NCBI GenBank assembly: GCA_028534125.1
Contig: CM052817.1
Span: 22,136,001-22,200,000 of the forward strand
Direction of reading: 5' to 3'
DNA length: 64,000 nucleotides
DNA from: Lama glama
Taxonomy: Eukaryota
Shown here: piece after piece, positions 38,111-51,093 of the stretch
How positions within the stretch are numbered: the first letter of the stretch is position 1
How the letters are laid out: every line of letters begins with the position of its first letter
Translations under genes and position numbers: made by a program
The notes under the pieces: generated by a model
The model's input: only the letters and a program-made list of their open reading frames with translations
What the model was told of the DNA's origin: nothing
Database searches by the model: none

Positions 38111-39348
38111 TTAAAAACAGTAGCTTCTACGTGGGTCAGTTTTCCAAAAATCTGGACAAGATGATCTCTCTAAAGTGCCTAGGACAATGTCCAGCTTGCA
38201 GTAGATGCTAAAAATATATTTGTTCCTTTCCTCTTCCTATATTTGAAGCATCTTTTTTTGCAATAAGAATGCATAATAGAAGCATCAAGGCCCCTTTCTT
38301 CAGAAGAAAGCTCTAATACAGTAAAGGCACTCTGAAGCTGGAAGCTATGTGGAGATTGTTATAAGCTACAGATACTGTTAACATTGTTAACTGAGGTGTG
38401 CATGCAACTATTTTGTTTTTATCCTTCAATTCTTGGAGTAACTTTCATATGTCTCTTGTGTGGATTTCAAATCAGAGCCAAAAAGTGTTTTTTTGGTTTG
38501 CTTTTTTTGTTTTTTTCCCGTGTTGAGGAGCTTTGGCAAGGAAAACAGCACTGGTGGGTTCCTACGATGTCCCGTGTTACTGATTTCACCCTCTCAAAGG
38601 CAACAGCTGCTCTAGACTGCTGCTAAAACTCATATCTATGGCACTGAAAATGAAAACAATCAACTATATTAATGCCAAAGTCAAACAGAGTCGTCTAGCA
38701 ACTAAAGGGAATAGTGGCATTAACACACATTCTTCTTTTTCCTAAGAAAGTTTTAGAAATTAATTGAAAGTACAAATACATGTTTATATATCTCTAAGAA
38801 AGCCCTGGTGCTTTGAAGAAAAATCTATGTGGTTTCCGGTGTATGTTTTCTGTAGAAATAAATGAAAAATAATTTCATAGGACTAATTTACCTGAAATGG
38901 TAACATCCAACATCATAAAATTGTGTGGGAGGGAAGGGCTAGGGTATGTTGATTTTCCTATCAGTTATCAGGCAAGATGAAAATAATATGAACAGAACAT
39001 TTCCAGCCTGGGCCAGTGTCATTGCAGATGTCTGGTTATCTCAAAGCAATTAAGATAAATTTTATTCAAAATAGTACATTTCAAATGCATTTGATAGTTT
39101 TTATCTCAATGCCAATTACTTCATAAAGAAAAAGAAAACTCAACTTGTTATGCAATGATAAACCATCAACATGCAATTTGCCTATACCAAATGCACGCTT
39201 CATCTTTTTCATTATAATCAATAATTATTTAGAATCTCATATTGTTCTAGCTGCCCTTAAAGTTGCCTGGAAAGGAGTTAGAGATCACAAATTTTTTTTC
39301 ATTACTGATAATGAAAATAAGGACATTATTAAGGAAAAAAAAAGATGA

Positions 39349-39540
39349 GGGGAGGGTATAGCTCAGTGGTAGAGTGCATGCTTAGCATGCACGAGGTCCT
39401 GGGTTCATTCCCAGTATCTCCATTAAAAATAAATAAATAAACAAACAAACAAATCTAATTACCTCCCCCCAAAAATAAAAATAAATAAATAAAAGCCAAA
39501 AAAGTAATAAAAGATATCATTACAGATACATTTTAAAAAA
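39349..39540 (+). mobile_element. tRNA-Ala-derived SINE (camelid Vic-1 type), long-tail variant
   Basis: ggggagggtatagctcagtggtagagtgcatgcttagcatgcacgaggtcctgggttca, then ctaattacctcccccc. The A-rich flanks (gaaaaaaaaagatga / gaaaaaaaaaagacaa) are consistent with a TSD. Confidence 0.92.
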
Positions 39541-40485
39541 GAAAAAAAAAAGACAAGGAGACAGTAATAGTCAACGTGAATATATTTTTAGAGTACAAGC
39601 ATAAAATAAAAAGACATAAGTAGATTCATGGTATTTGTTCATAACAAAATGTATGGCTAGGAAGTAAAAAGTGTCTTTAATTTGCCTATCCACTTTCAGC
39701 TTCCTCTGCTTCTTGTAAAATGCTGCTCTAAGGATTTGCATTCCCAGGAAAAGAAGATGTTGTGTAGCGTTTAGATAGATAACTGTATGATTTCATATCT
39801 CATTTGACAACAGAATGTGCCAATGATCAAAAGAAGTATATGCATGGGGTAATGTGATTGCATCAAATTGAGCATCCCAGAGTTCCAAGGATATTCACAA
39901 TCAGCTACCTGTGTGTGTCCTGATTCTGGAGCAGGCTGGTGAGGAAGGTGACCTGGCAGCATCTGGAAGTGATTAATCCCAATGAATATTTGGTGGATGT
40001 AATCCATAAAATATTAACATTATTTTTTACTGTGCATGTATTTTTTAAAAAAGTAATAGTTGCATCTCATATATAATATATATATTTGTGCTTTTGATAT
40101 TTATTGAAAAATCAAAATTTTAAAATATGTTGTAAACCAGCAGCACATTCACAATACTGTGACCCTGAATATAGTATGACGTTCTACAAACCAGATAAAG
40201 GTAGGTGCGGTGTTAGACTTCATATTAACACACAGCTCAGAATCAGAAGACAGTGGTGAGGTGAATGGAGAGGCAACCTGGAGGTTCAGAAAAAGTATCT
40301 TAGTAATTACTCTTGTAATTCTCTTTCTAACCATTATGGCAAAGGTAGAATTAAGCACAGAAGAAACCAGTTATAAACCAGAGGGGAATGAGAAAACAGG
40401 ATCCTCTTTCATTGTCTAGCAAGAATTTCTGCATGATCCATAGAAGAAAAATATAGAAAACTTGCTTTCATGAGGCTACTTGGTA

Positions 40486-40552
40486 AAATATAAACTAGCT
40501 TGTAAATATAAAAGGCTTGTAAATATAAACTAGCTTGTAAATATAAAAAGCT
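40486..40552. repeat. Minisatellite with alternating 18/17-bp units
   Basis: aaatataaactagcttgt / aaatataaaaggcttgt / aaatataaactagcttgt / aaatataaaaagct. Confidence 0.92.
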
Positions 40553-43500
40553 AAAATTACATTGAATCTAAAGTGATTTCCATTTAAGGAATTTTTTTAG
40601 GTGCACTGAGGTATCAAAATACATCTGTACATAGTTATAATACAAATTGTATGAGTTCCAGAGGTAAATTCTGGCCAAACATAAGAAAAGAATTTTTTTC
40701 TTACTTTGTGTCCCAGTCTTTCTTTTTATAATGAAACTCTCATCAACTAGAAAAATATAATTCAACAGACTTTAATTTAAAAATAAGTCATGTGGTTCTA
40801 TACTCTCAGTCCCTAAATTGAAAGATTACTTTTTTGGGGGGAAAATAAGTCTTATTTTTAACCCAACACATTATTTCCTTCTTTAAATTGTAGTTCAAAT
40901 CTGGTATCCTCATAGACAATTTTCATTCAAATATCTTCCAGTTGGCAGTACAAATCCTGAAATATCTAGGCCTGAGTATTTTAAAATTTCTCATTTGTTC
41001 TTTCTCATTTTTATTTTTTCTCAATTTGTATTTACTTTTTAATGTCCCTTTTTGACATCTGAAACTCATTGCTTAGTGAACTCTTTCATATAGGCTCCAA
41101 ATGCATAATTCATGGCTAAGCTTCTTTTGGACAGGTAATATCTCCTTTTTGATTGATTAAAAGGAAGGAATGCAAAGTATTAAGTAAAACGTTAATTGAA
41201 ATATAAATATTTTAGATTATTAGATAACCATCATAAAAAGTATTCATATAAGAAATTGAAACAATTTTAGTGCACGTATTTTATGGATCACAGCATGTGT
41301 AATGCATTTTTGAATCTTTGAAGAATAAAAATATTATCTTCCCAGAAAATCAGATATGTCATTGAGAATTTCGTATAATATGCTGCCTGAGTAGAGGTAA
41401 ATTCACCTGACATTGTTAAACATTGGCAAAGACAGAAATAGCAGCTTGTGCTAATGCACATTGGCCAGAGTTTGTTGATCTAGATGAACATGGGCAGATG
41501 GTTTTCAGTAAGTAGTATCCTCATTGGTTTTCTATTTAACAGAAATGAAGGCCTTTATATTGATGATGGCAAACAAGAAATCATGAGCATGAAGCGGTTC
41601 GATTTTCTTCTATCACTTTTCTCCATCAAGGAGAGAAACTACCAGTGGAGTGACTACTGGGTGCTTCCATGACACGTTGCATTGTGAAAGTTGTCCATTC
41701 TGACCATGTTGTCTCTTGGCCGCAATCATTCCACACTGTAGTTTTTCACCTTTACAATGAAGTGTGGTTGAACTTAGTTTTTAAAAGTCCTAAGTCCATA
41801 TCCTTACTGGGGGTAGAGACAGAGGAGGGCACTGCATTGTTTGCAGTTTATGAGTGTGAAGAGGGGAAACTAGCATATGTGAAGTGCCTTACATAGTGTT
41901 GTCTCAGTAGTCAGGAAATCAAGAACACCTATTCAGGGATAAGAAGTACTTGGTGGTAACATTAAGTGTCTTACTGGTAAGACAGTCAGAACACATTTCC
42001 AAAAACCACAGAAGGAGAAGGAAATACAAAAAGCTGTAGCAGGAACTCAGGGGACACCACTTAAAAGAGAGGAGAGGGAGCCTCCAGTGAAACAGGAAGA
42101 TACACACAGTGATCGTTCTGGGAAAGGCTGTTTTATCTTACACTGGATCTTCGGTATTTCCTTGCATGAAAACATAGTATAGGCAGTGATAATTATAATA
42201 TAAAAGACATGGTAAGTATACAATTAACATTCTTCAAATAACATTTAAACCAACTCCAGTTTAAGATAGAAGTATCTAGACTTCAACCAAGTCTGGAAGA
42301 GATTATTACCATTCATAAAATTTCAGAAGAACAATCATTCTAGCTTGGACTGTCCAATAACCAGCTGGAAGCATCTTTTCTGCAGTTCAGTAGGGTCAGC
42401 TCCAAGAAAAGATGATATTGTAAAACAGAAAAAAAAATTACTGTTTCAGTTTTAAATACATTTAATCACATTCATGTACCCTCAAAAAGAATAAACATGC
42501 AAATCAAATTCCTAGCTGTTGCTTAGACAAGAATATAGGTGCATGTAGGTGGTACGTCTTTTCCTGAAGTGTAATCCCAATAAAATCAACTGGTCCTTAA
42601 CCCAGTGAAATGTAAGATCATCAGGATGTGATTACATGTCCTTTATAATGACTTTAATCAAGATGTAACTACCCTGTTGAGTGTTAACTAAAATTGCATT
42701 AAATTACAATTTACTTAAGGAGATACAAGAGTCCTTAAATTTCCAAAATATAAATAAAATCTAACTCAATGTTGAAACTGGTTTTCTACAGAAACTGTTT
42801 TACAGTGTATTAAAAGGATTAGAAATACTACAGTTACTCAACTTAAGCTTGCTCCAGTTAGACATTTTTCTGAAACCAAGAAACCAGTACTACAGAACAT
42901 CTCTGCATATAACATTCCTACAAGGTCATTCTAGATATGCCATATTTAAAATTGCTCAAATCTTAGTCTTGTTACCAATGAACTAGTGAAATTAGAAATG
43001 TGAACCATATCCTTATTTTTCAAGTAATGAATCATCTATCTTTATAGTAATTAACTTTAAGATTCTCTTCCATCCATTTCCCTAAACTCTTTTTCTTTTA
43101 TCATTTTCCCTCTGAAATCCAAAAGAATTGTATAGATGGCTACATAAGCTATGAAAGTAAATCTAAGAAGGACATTTAATGGGTGACTGGTAGACAATTA
43201 TCCTGGTTCTTTTACAAAATTAGAAGACTTAATTTTTTAAACAAATGCTTCAAATCTTATTCATATTTGAATGTCTCATGTATACCTTGACTGTAAAACT
43301 TGTATTTTTTTCTTCTGATTTCTACAAAGTAAGTTTTTAGTTTCCTTTGTACCTATTTGTTGACAAAATAGAAAGTAATGTTGTATATTATAGGAAATTT
43401 GAGGAGTAAAATGTAGTTGTTACCCTTTATCCTTTCTCAAAAAATTATAATGACAAGGAAGATGAGAAAAATGCATGTGTAATATTACCAAGCTGTGTTC

Positions 43501-43557
43501 AGATCCTAATTCCACAGCTGACAATAATGTTGGTATCTCTTTAAAAGGAAAGCTATT

Positions 43558-44111
43558 TGCGGCCGTTTTAAAATATGGCCACAAACACTTAAAAAATCCT
43601 CACATCAAGAGGTAGCCCCCATTTCTCTTTCATTTGAAGTCAGACCATCTTGAGATTGCTTCAACCAATAGAGTATGGCCAAATTAATTCTATGTGAATT
43701 TTGGGTCTCGGTCATAAAAGGTAAAATACCTGCTTACTGGAACACTCATTCTTGGCGCTTTCAGTTGCCTGTAGGAAGCTCAACTACCTTTATGCTCCCA
43801 TGATCCGAGGAAGCACAAGCTATAAAGAGAGGCCACATTGGACAACAATTTTGAGCCCAGCCTTTGCATCACCTGAGCCCAGATACCAAATATGTAAGTG
43901 AAGAAGCCTCCAGAGGATTCTGTTTCCCAACTTTGAGCTCATCCCCGGCCACCTGGGACTTTTCAGAGACCCCAGATGGTATAGGCCACAGAAAAGTCAC
44001 TCCCATGTTCAAATCCCTGACCTACAAAATTTGTAAGGCTAATAAAATGGTGCTTGTTTCATGACACTATGTGTAAACAATTTATTATGCAGCAATAGAT
44101 AGCAGAAATAG
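43558..44111 (+). mobile_element. MaLR solo LTR (MLT1G/H-like)
   Basis: aaatatggccacaaa..ccaatagagtatgg..ggtcataaaagg..agtgaagaagcctccaga..ttatgcagcaatagatagcagaaata. Confidence 0.85.
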
Positions 44112-44532
44112 TAGCAAATGAAAATGTTTTCTTCCTCCACAATTTGGCAGAGTTGTCGTGAAGGGGAAAGAAGAGAAAACGTGGCATTATATGTGGCATT
44201 ATGCAAACCTGAGTGCCATTTAATAGCTATGCTCTTTGATAATCAGGATGAAAATCATGGATAATATTCTTCTATCGTGGGCTTTTGTGGAAGATTAAAT
44301 GAAACAACATAATTAAAGTATCTGACATAAGCATGCATTTTTTAAAAAGTTCTTTTACTCCCCCTTATTATTAAAGACATTTCACTCTGCCTTATTAAAG
44401 AAGTAGCATTATTGCCATGAGAGACAGTCAAGCTATACAAATTAGAAAGAAATAATTTCCATTTATGAGAATCAAGGAAAATTTTGCTGAGCAGGAGGTA
44501 GTTGTAATGTACTATGTAAACACAATAAAAGT

Positions 44533-45080
44533 TTCAATTCAGTTCAACAAATACATGGCTATGTGAAAGGAGGAATACATAGTTTGAGATACAACAGTGA
44601 ATAAAAGTATTGCTTTTCTAGTCCTAATGGAATTTAGAGTCTAGCAAGTTAATTGAAATTACAATTTTAGTGTTATGTGTTAAATAAAAGTCCACATTGC
44701 TATGGAAATATACAACAGCAAAATGTATCCTAGTCTGAGATCACAGAAGGCCTACTTGAAAAATTAATAAAGCTGATTTGAAAGATGAGTAGATGATAGC
44801 TAATAAATATTGGAAGAATGTTCCAAGGAGAGGAAACAACTTGTGTAAAAGTTCTTAGGAGAGAGAATGCAGAATATCTTAGAGAAATCAAGAGAGGACT
44901 AGTGTATCTGGGTCATGTAGACCAGTAACGGCATATGACTGGAGAGGGAGGCAGGGGCCATGTGAGAAAGGGCATTTAATGTAATTTTAAGGACTGGGGA
45001 ATTTCTCTTAGGGACCATGGAAATTATCAGAAAGGTGGTAAGCAAGCAAATGACTTCAGATTTTGTTGTACAATATTAGC
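44533..45080 (-). mobile_element. L2 LINE fragment
   Basis: ttcaattcagttcaacaaata..gatacaacagtgaataa..tggaatttagagtctag..gaatgttccaaggagaggaaacaac..gactggagagggaggcagggg. Confidence 0.8.
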
Positions 45081-47654
45081 TGAAGGAATCATGATCTGTA
45101 TTACTCTCAAGTTGAAATCTTGGAGATTATCATACCTTTTTCTCTTCTGATGCTCATCATGCTCCCTTACTCAAAATGTTGAGCATTATCATTCTACAGG
45201 TTCTACAACAGGCATAGGACATGGGTTTCATAGCTCATACTCTCATACCCCAATTAAGAACTTAAAAAGACCATCTTATCACACACGATTTAACTGGTCA
45301 CAGTATTTAAATGTATCACCTATTGTTTCATTATTTTTAAAAAATACACACTAAAATCTACTCTAAAATTATGTTTCAAGTATAGTGGGAAATTCCATAG
45401 GGAAATTATTTTCAAAGAAATTCTGGTCACTTTTGAAAAAAATACTATATAACTTTCACATGACAGCTACTTTAAAGGAGAAAATACTCAATTAAATATA
45501 TTTGTTAAAATATAACTTCTCACACTATTTTTAGCTATACTTTCTGAAAGTCTAAAAGTCTCCTAGTCTTACTTGCTATATAGTGGAAGTTTGCTGCTGG
45601 TCCTTGGCACCGTCATAGACTTCAATTCACGTAAATCTTAACTCTTTGCTCCTTAGCAGTTACCTCCAGGACACACAATATAGTAAGTACTCATCCTATA
45701 TCCAGGGTCCAGATATTCTACCTACCTCTTTCTGGCCCATCCCTAGGACTTATTTTGGCCCATGGTACACTTCCCATGAATACAATGTTCTTATTTTGTC
45801 TATTTAGTTTGCTGGGTCTCAGTTCATAAGAGCTGATAAACCAACACTTGGAATTACAGTATGACTATTTCACATGCTGTCTGGTGTCATTTCTTTCCTT
45901 TTATCATCTGTTCTAACTTACTCTGACATTTTCTTTTCAGCATACTTAGCCAAAATGCATCACCATTAGTGCAGAATTTTTAGTTAAACATAAACATGTT
46001 GGCTATGTGAGTTAAAGTTAAGTATATTCCACATGTATAAATATTAGCATGCAGTATAGCATCCAAAGATACAATCTTACAGAATAATTAAAATACTTAC
46101 CTTTAATATATGAGAACTTGCTTTGAAAAATAAATCCTACATTCACCCACAAAAATAACATTTACCAGAAAATTTCCAAATTATTTTCTCAGAGGAGTAT
46201 CTCCTACTATTATCATGAGAGTTGGATGTCAGGAGCAATTGAATTATCTCATACTTTTAGTTGTAGAATTACTCCCTTTGCTTAAACAATAGAAATTAAG
46301 GTTTTAAGTCTGTGTATAAATACAAAAAATGAGATGTTGGCAATATGAATTTGTACATATAAATAAGAATGCTTGTATTTTTTATAACATTGTTCTCAAT
46401 TTGGCTTTATAGCCAAATAGTTTTGTGATTATATGGGACATTTTATACTTAAATATGAGTAAAAAGTATTTTCCATATGCTAAAGTTTGGGAGAGACTAA
46501 TGAGCGTTTTAGAATTTTGTTTAAAAGAAAAATGTATATTCCAAAGTAATTCTGCATTTTGTTAAGAATTATGATTTGTGAATTCACACCCTATATATTA
46601 AAGCAAAGTCCATTCAATACATACAGAAATAATGGAATTAATAATATAAAAATTGAATAATTGATCAAATAATATTGCAAATGGTTAGCAGTCATTTGCT
46701 TTTACATGAAAGTCAAATGATAAAATTGAGGAAAACAGAAAAGTCATATACTTTTATCCAAGTAGATTGATTATCTGATCTTCCTTTTGAAGTCTAAGGT
46801 GCTCTCAAATATGTTATGAATCTTTCTGAACTAAAAGATAATTTTTATAAAATGTGTATGAAGGTTTTGTGTTGATCTTTATTTATTTTTCAACAATGGG
46901 AGCAATGTTTCAACTTAGCAATACAGAACAGAGAAAAAGGTACTTGAATATTTACCAGACTTCTCTTGGAGAAGGAAATACATTGAGAAGCCAGTTTGCT
47001 ATAGAGGGTGAGACTCTGAAGGCATTGTTTGGAATGAGGAAGCAAGTGACAATGGCCTTATCTCGGTTAATAATGGGTGGCAATTTATAAATCCAGAGAG
47101 TATATGTATGTATACATTTTATACCACCTTCCTGAATATGAATACCTTTATTTCATGTATGTAATCCTTAAAGTCATTTTTGAGAATCTCATCAAAGATT
47201 AACATGAGATACCTGAAGTTTTAACATCTCCCCCCTTAACTAAAGATGTAAATATGAACGAAGCATTAAAAATATAACTAGATATTGCAAACTTCATTTA
47301 CATATTTTCAAAAACTCTAAAATATGTAGGTAATGTCTCACATTAATAAAACTTTTAACCTCATTAATTTAAAATAAGATAGAACCACAAGTTAGTTAAG
47401 AGAGAAATAAATGAAAAGGAATCAAGTAGAATAAAAGCCTGGAGGGAGGATGGGAGAAATTGATGAAGGAAAGGAAGGAGGGAGAAAGGAGTGGAAGGAA
47501 CAAAACCATGAAAGCAATTAATTGAACTAATGTGAAAATACATCTGTTCTTTTTTTCAGAGAGCAAGCCCTTTAAAATGACTAATTAGCATGGCGTGCTG
47601 GAGGCTATTGCATAACTATTGATTTAATGAGTGCAACTGATTGTATTTTTTTCG

Positions 47655-47850
47655 AAAGTTAGAATTGCTAGGTTGTAGGAAGTTTAAAAATCATAGAATT
47701 CATTTTCTTGCCCTTGGGCAGAAATATTCCCATCACTCAGAGACCACAGCATTTATCTCATTTTTTAAATGTCCAGAGAAGGAAATCATACGACTCCCTC
47801 CAAAAACATACCTTAACCTCACAAAGAACCCTGTCTCAGAAGCATAACTT
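47655..47850 (-). mobile_element. L3/CR1-like 3' fragment
   Basis: ttagaattgc..cttgcccttgggcagaa..ttttttaaatgtccagagaaggaaatcatacgactccctc. Confidence 0.45.
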
Positions 47851-48932
47851 TTATTTACTACCAAATAGCTCATTAAGTAATGTTGAAAAAATAAAGATGC
47901 TCTGGTTTTATGGTCTCTATATGCTTACAAATGGATCTTAAAAGGGAGAATTAAGACTGGGCTTGGCTGTGGTAAAGACTCTTCTTTAAAGTGTAAATTT
48001 TAACAGAAAAAATAATCAATATTATAAATGAAGTAATATTATGATAAATTACCCCCTTTGTATAAGGAAATATGAATTTCAAAGGGAATAAATGCAATGT
48101 TTGTTCCCTTCAGTCCAAGCCAAACAATCACTATTTAAAGGGATAATGAAGTAACAAGTAGCTTAAAGAAAAAAAATTTTCTGCAAATTCTTAATTCTTG
48201 CCCACAATACAATCCTTAAGTTTTTTTACTAAGCACCTTGGATGACTTACCCATACAAATACACACATATGAAATTTTAAAAGGACCAAACAGCTGCTTT
48301 AATTAAAATTTAGGTAACTGGTATAGTAAATCCAGAGCGACTTCTCCGTTGAAATGTGGCCACTGCCACTTTCCAGTTAGAGAAAAAAGAAAAAAAAGAA
48401 TATGGAATCCCAAGGCACAGGGAAATACTAACAATACTTTCTCTTATGTACCAAATTTGAAATGCAAATTCCACTGAGACAAGCCTTTATTCATTCTAAC
48501 TCTTGACAAATTAGAATTCTGTTTCACTATTAAAAACAGCCCTTTAAAATATGTTTTTTGCTTTACTTTTCAAGTTGTCAACCTTACCATTTTAATGAAT
48601 AAAGACTTTAATTAAGTAACAGCCTGAATTTTGGCCTCTCTCATATAGCATTTTAAGCAAATTAGTGTTGTAATAAATTTTTCATGTGACAAATACTTTA
48701 ATTGCTTTAAGTGAAATAGTTGTTTTGTCTATTCCATTAAATCTTTTAGTTCATGCTATAGCTTTAAAATTTAATAGAGATACTCTTATATGGATATTTA
48801 TTGATTAAATAATATAGATGTTTAAAAAGGTTTCTTCTTTTGACTAAATAATTTAAAAGGTGAATATCTAGGCCCCAAATTCTTTGGACTATATAGAACT
48901 GAAAGAGAATTACTATTTAGGGCTGCAATATT

Positions 48933-49009
48933 ATAGAATTATAATACCTGTGTAATTATAGTATATATATATAAATGAGACATAGAATTATAATTACCTG
49001 TATAATTGT
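48933..49009. repeat. Short interrupted direct duplication (~28 bp)
   Basis: atagaattataatacctgtgtaattat and atagaattataattacctgtataattgt. Confidence 0.8.
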
Positions 49010-51019
49010 GCCGTAGTGTAAGTCTCCTTTACCCATTTTTATTTCAACAGAAACAACATGGTATTGCAAATAAATATGTTTACAATTGACTTCAAAGCTT
49101 TTTATACTCAGATGAATTCTCATTCATATTTATCATCATTTGACATATAAATCTACTTTTAAAAGTCTAACAAGTATTTTGTAGGAAATATATGTACTCA
49201 TTATAAATGATTCAGATGTTGACATGACTAACATGTATTTCCAATAGCATTTAAGTTGTGAGAGATCTTGTATTTCTTCACGTTTCTAAATAAAATCTAA
49301 TCTCTTGCATTTATCTGAAATAATCAATAATACACCTCCAGTGTTCACTGAAGCATCCATCTACTGTATATAAGAGTTTAGCCAAGTCCGTAAGGACCTG
49401 AACTTTCTTGTGATTTTACTCTTGTCCAATTTGTGATTGCTTTTGTAGTATTTTAAATGGTAGATGCTTGTTGTGACCAATTCTATATGTTTATTCACCC
49501 ATATTACCTAAGACGTGATTTATACTGAGGTGGTAAAACATTCACTCCTTTCGCTCCACTCCTTTCAGAACTTTCCCAGACTGACTGCTACTCTCAATTA
49601 AGTGCATTTATTCCTCATTAAAATAATAATGATGATGTATTATGAGAAGGAAAATAAAGTGTAGAAAAATTGCTTATTTGTAGAAAATGTGATCATGCAA
49701 ACATTAACACAAAAGAATCAACAGCCAAACATTAGACTTTAAAAATAAATTCAGAAAACCAAGGAAACTAGATATTATATTAATAAACAAGCTCAAGTAC
49801 CTATGAAAAGGTAGTAAGATTCATGTTAAAATTATACTGGATTATTCTTGAAATCTGTACTGCTATTGGCTAGATTTTATCTTCCCATGTTTTGTAGTCA
49901 TGTATTAAAATAAAATGTTTCACATCATTTTTAACTTTAAGACAAAAAACAATACAATCAAAATGATAAATTACAGCTTATATGTGGTGAGTCTTATTGG
50001 AGAATTCAGGCGGTCCTGAGGGTTGTGGCTAATGGCAAAGCACATTGACCTTCTAAAGAAGGAGGGACATTCATCTTTGGGTATTTATAAAGAAGAGTGT
50101 GACCCAGAATTGCTGGATATTCAGAATTTTTCTAGAGAAGGTAATTCTTAAAATGTTTCATGAGCTAAATAAGAATTTTTGAGAAAAGTTACCTATTTCA
50201 AAAACAAACAGACAAATAAATAAATAATAATGCAATTAGTGAGGGGAGAAAAGTCTATCATGTAGTGTTCAAGTTAAAGGTAATTTATTTATGACTCCTA
50301 GATCTTCAAAATCAATTGAGGTGGTCTCTGAGTCACATCTTCCCTTTTTTCTCTCATGTCCTGAAATATGAAAAATAGGTCAGTTCTCCTAAAAGGCTAA
50401 GAATCACAAAGCTGACACAAAGTCCTGACTACCATGCATGGCATATTGTATGGGGTTATAGAAAATCATCTTACTTTGTTCTTGATGAGTTCATAGCTTT
50501 AAAATTAAAGTATATTAGTTAATTTTAATAGTTGTCTTTTTATCTCTCATACACAGGACGAAGAAGTTTCTACTTACCTAAGCCTTTTTTCCTTGCATAT
50601 ATGTCCATTCTGGGTTAGTGGAACCTTGGGATTTAGGCTCGTGGGAAGGCCTAAATGACTAAAATGAAATTCTAAAAAGTAGAAGAAGCCTTTTTGATAT
50701 CTACAGAGTATGTCTTTGATACCTACAAGTTGTATTGAAGTCCATGGATACCTGATTGCTGAGTTGCAAAAAGAGAAATGAGGATATATAATAGGACGTT
50801 GAGATAACACCATAAAATTATGTTTTTAATTGGAAGACTTCTGTCTCTTCACTTTAAGTAATTAATATGTTTAATTTTACATCTTCTTTAGCACTGTTTG
50901 CTTTCTATTACTTTGTATTCATTTTTATTTCCCTTTCCTGGCCTCTTTTTGATTAATGGATTATTTTTACTGTTGCACTTCTCTGTCTATCGTTAATTAT
51001 GAGACTCACAGTCTTTTTG

Positions 51020-51093
51020 AAGGCCACTCTGCTTTACTCAGTCTACCAACTTAAGTATTACTCACCCAAAAACACTCTCACAGAGACACCCAG
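51020..51093. mobile_element. MLT2-like (ERVL) LTR fragment
   Basis: ctgctttactcagtctaccaacttaa..ctcacccaaaaacactctcacagagacacccaga. Confidence 0.6.

Noticed and set aside
8953..39420. tRNA-Ala(AGC) genes at 8953, 11216 and 39349
   Set aside because: They have SINE linkers and tails (a clear TSD at 11216), mismatched stems and no T-run terminator after the head, so they are SINEs.
41484..41896. Adjacent plus-strand ORFs with an acceptor at ~41541
   Set aside because: No recognisable homology, weak donor, and the second ORF runs into MIR-like sequence.
46095..46135. 20-nt minus-strand microexon (46101-46120) with AAG|gtaagt
   Set aside because: Not frame-preserving, AAG acceptor, and no independent support.
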